This document shows, piece by piece, positions 63,928 to 64,000 of a DNA stretch of 64,000 bases (position 1 is its first letter; each line of letters begins with the position of its first letter). The position numbers and the translations under genes are program-made. This stretch comes from an uncultured Spirochaetales bacterium. GTDB lineage: Bacteria; Myxococcota_A; UBA9160; SMWR01. The stretch spans positions 929 through 64,928 of the forward strand of contig CAZZFT010000001.1 in NCBI GenBank assembly GCA_964653555.1, in the 5' to 3' direction. The notes beneath the pieces were generated by a model. The model did not search any database. It was not told the origin of the DNA and saw only the letters and a program-made list of their open reading frames with translations.

Positions 63928-64000
63928 ATGTCCATCCGATCTCGCAGTTCTGGAATTCTCCTCTTCGCTGTGACGTTGGTGTGCGCGGTATTAGCGGCAT
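63928..64000 (+). CDS. Secreted or membrane protein, N-terminal fragment (continues beyond window)
   Basis: The ATG is 6 nt after AGGAGG. MSIRSRSSGILLFAVTLVCAVLAA looks like a signal peptide. The frame stays open to the window end. Confidence 0.55.
   Translation, partial: MSIRSRSSGILLFAVTLVCAVLAA

Overview
This is a very GC-rich, tightly packed bacterial chromosomal segment. It looks Gram-negative: there is a lipobox lipoprotein and a PEP-CTERM protein. I call about 60 CDS and found no rRNA, tRNA or CRISPR array.

Bases 1-9400 look like ordinary housekeeping or peripheral genes:
- the 3' end of a PQQ/cytochrome c alcohol dehydrogenase
- a 1451-aa Lhr helicase
- a lipoprotein type-B carboxylesterase
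- an HdeD-like membrane protein
- an FHA protein plus a Ser/Thr kinase

From about 9.3 kb to 62.5 kb the window is an unusually paralog-rich set of catabolic or tailoring enzymes:
- 7 luciferase-like (LLM) flavin/F420 oxidoreductases
- 6 SDRs plus 1 MDR dehydrogenase
- 6 small NTF2/SnoaL-like proteins
- 2 amidohydrolases
- 2 APH-like kinases
- 2 SAM methyltransferases
- 2 AveC-family membrane proteins
- 3 copies of a conserved protein family I cannot name
- single copies of hydantoinase A/B, a BVMO, a MetE-like protein, a haloalkane dehalogenase, an acyl-CoA ligase, a crotonase, an alpha/beta hydrolase, a deazaflavin-dependent (DDN-type) reductase, a nitroreductase, a cupin, a GFA protein and a ferredoxin
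- TetR and LexA-DBD regulators
- a NorD(VWA)-NorQ(AAA+) pair joined to a large polytopic membrane protein

One IS481-family element sits between two convergent genes. It has inverted repeats, a CTAG target duplication and a transposase frameshifted at a G8 run.

The signals I think most deserve follow-up:
1. A roughly 30-bp AT-rich motif recurs in at least 12 intergenic regions, suggesting a shared promoter/operator and a regulon.
2. The unnamed protein family is repeatedly coupled to phosphoryl-transfer enzymes.
3. Two diverged AveC-family paralogs in inverted orientation bracket the island.
4. A LexA-type DNA-binding domain is fused to a non-peptidase C-terminus.
5. The NorD/NorQ chaperone pair has no recognisable client except the membrane protein.

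All functional calls come from motif recognition by eye. No database search was run.
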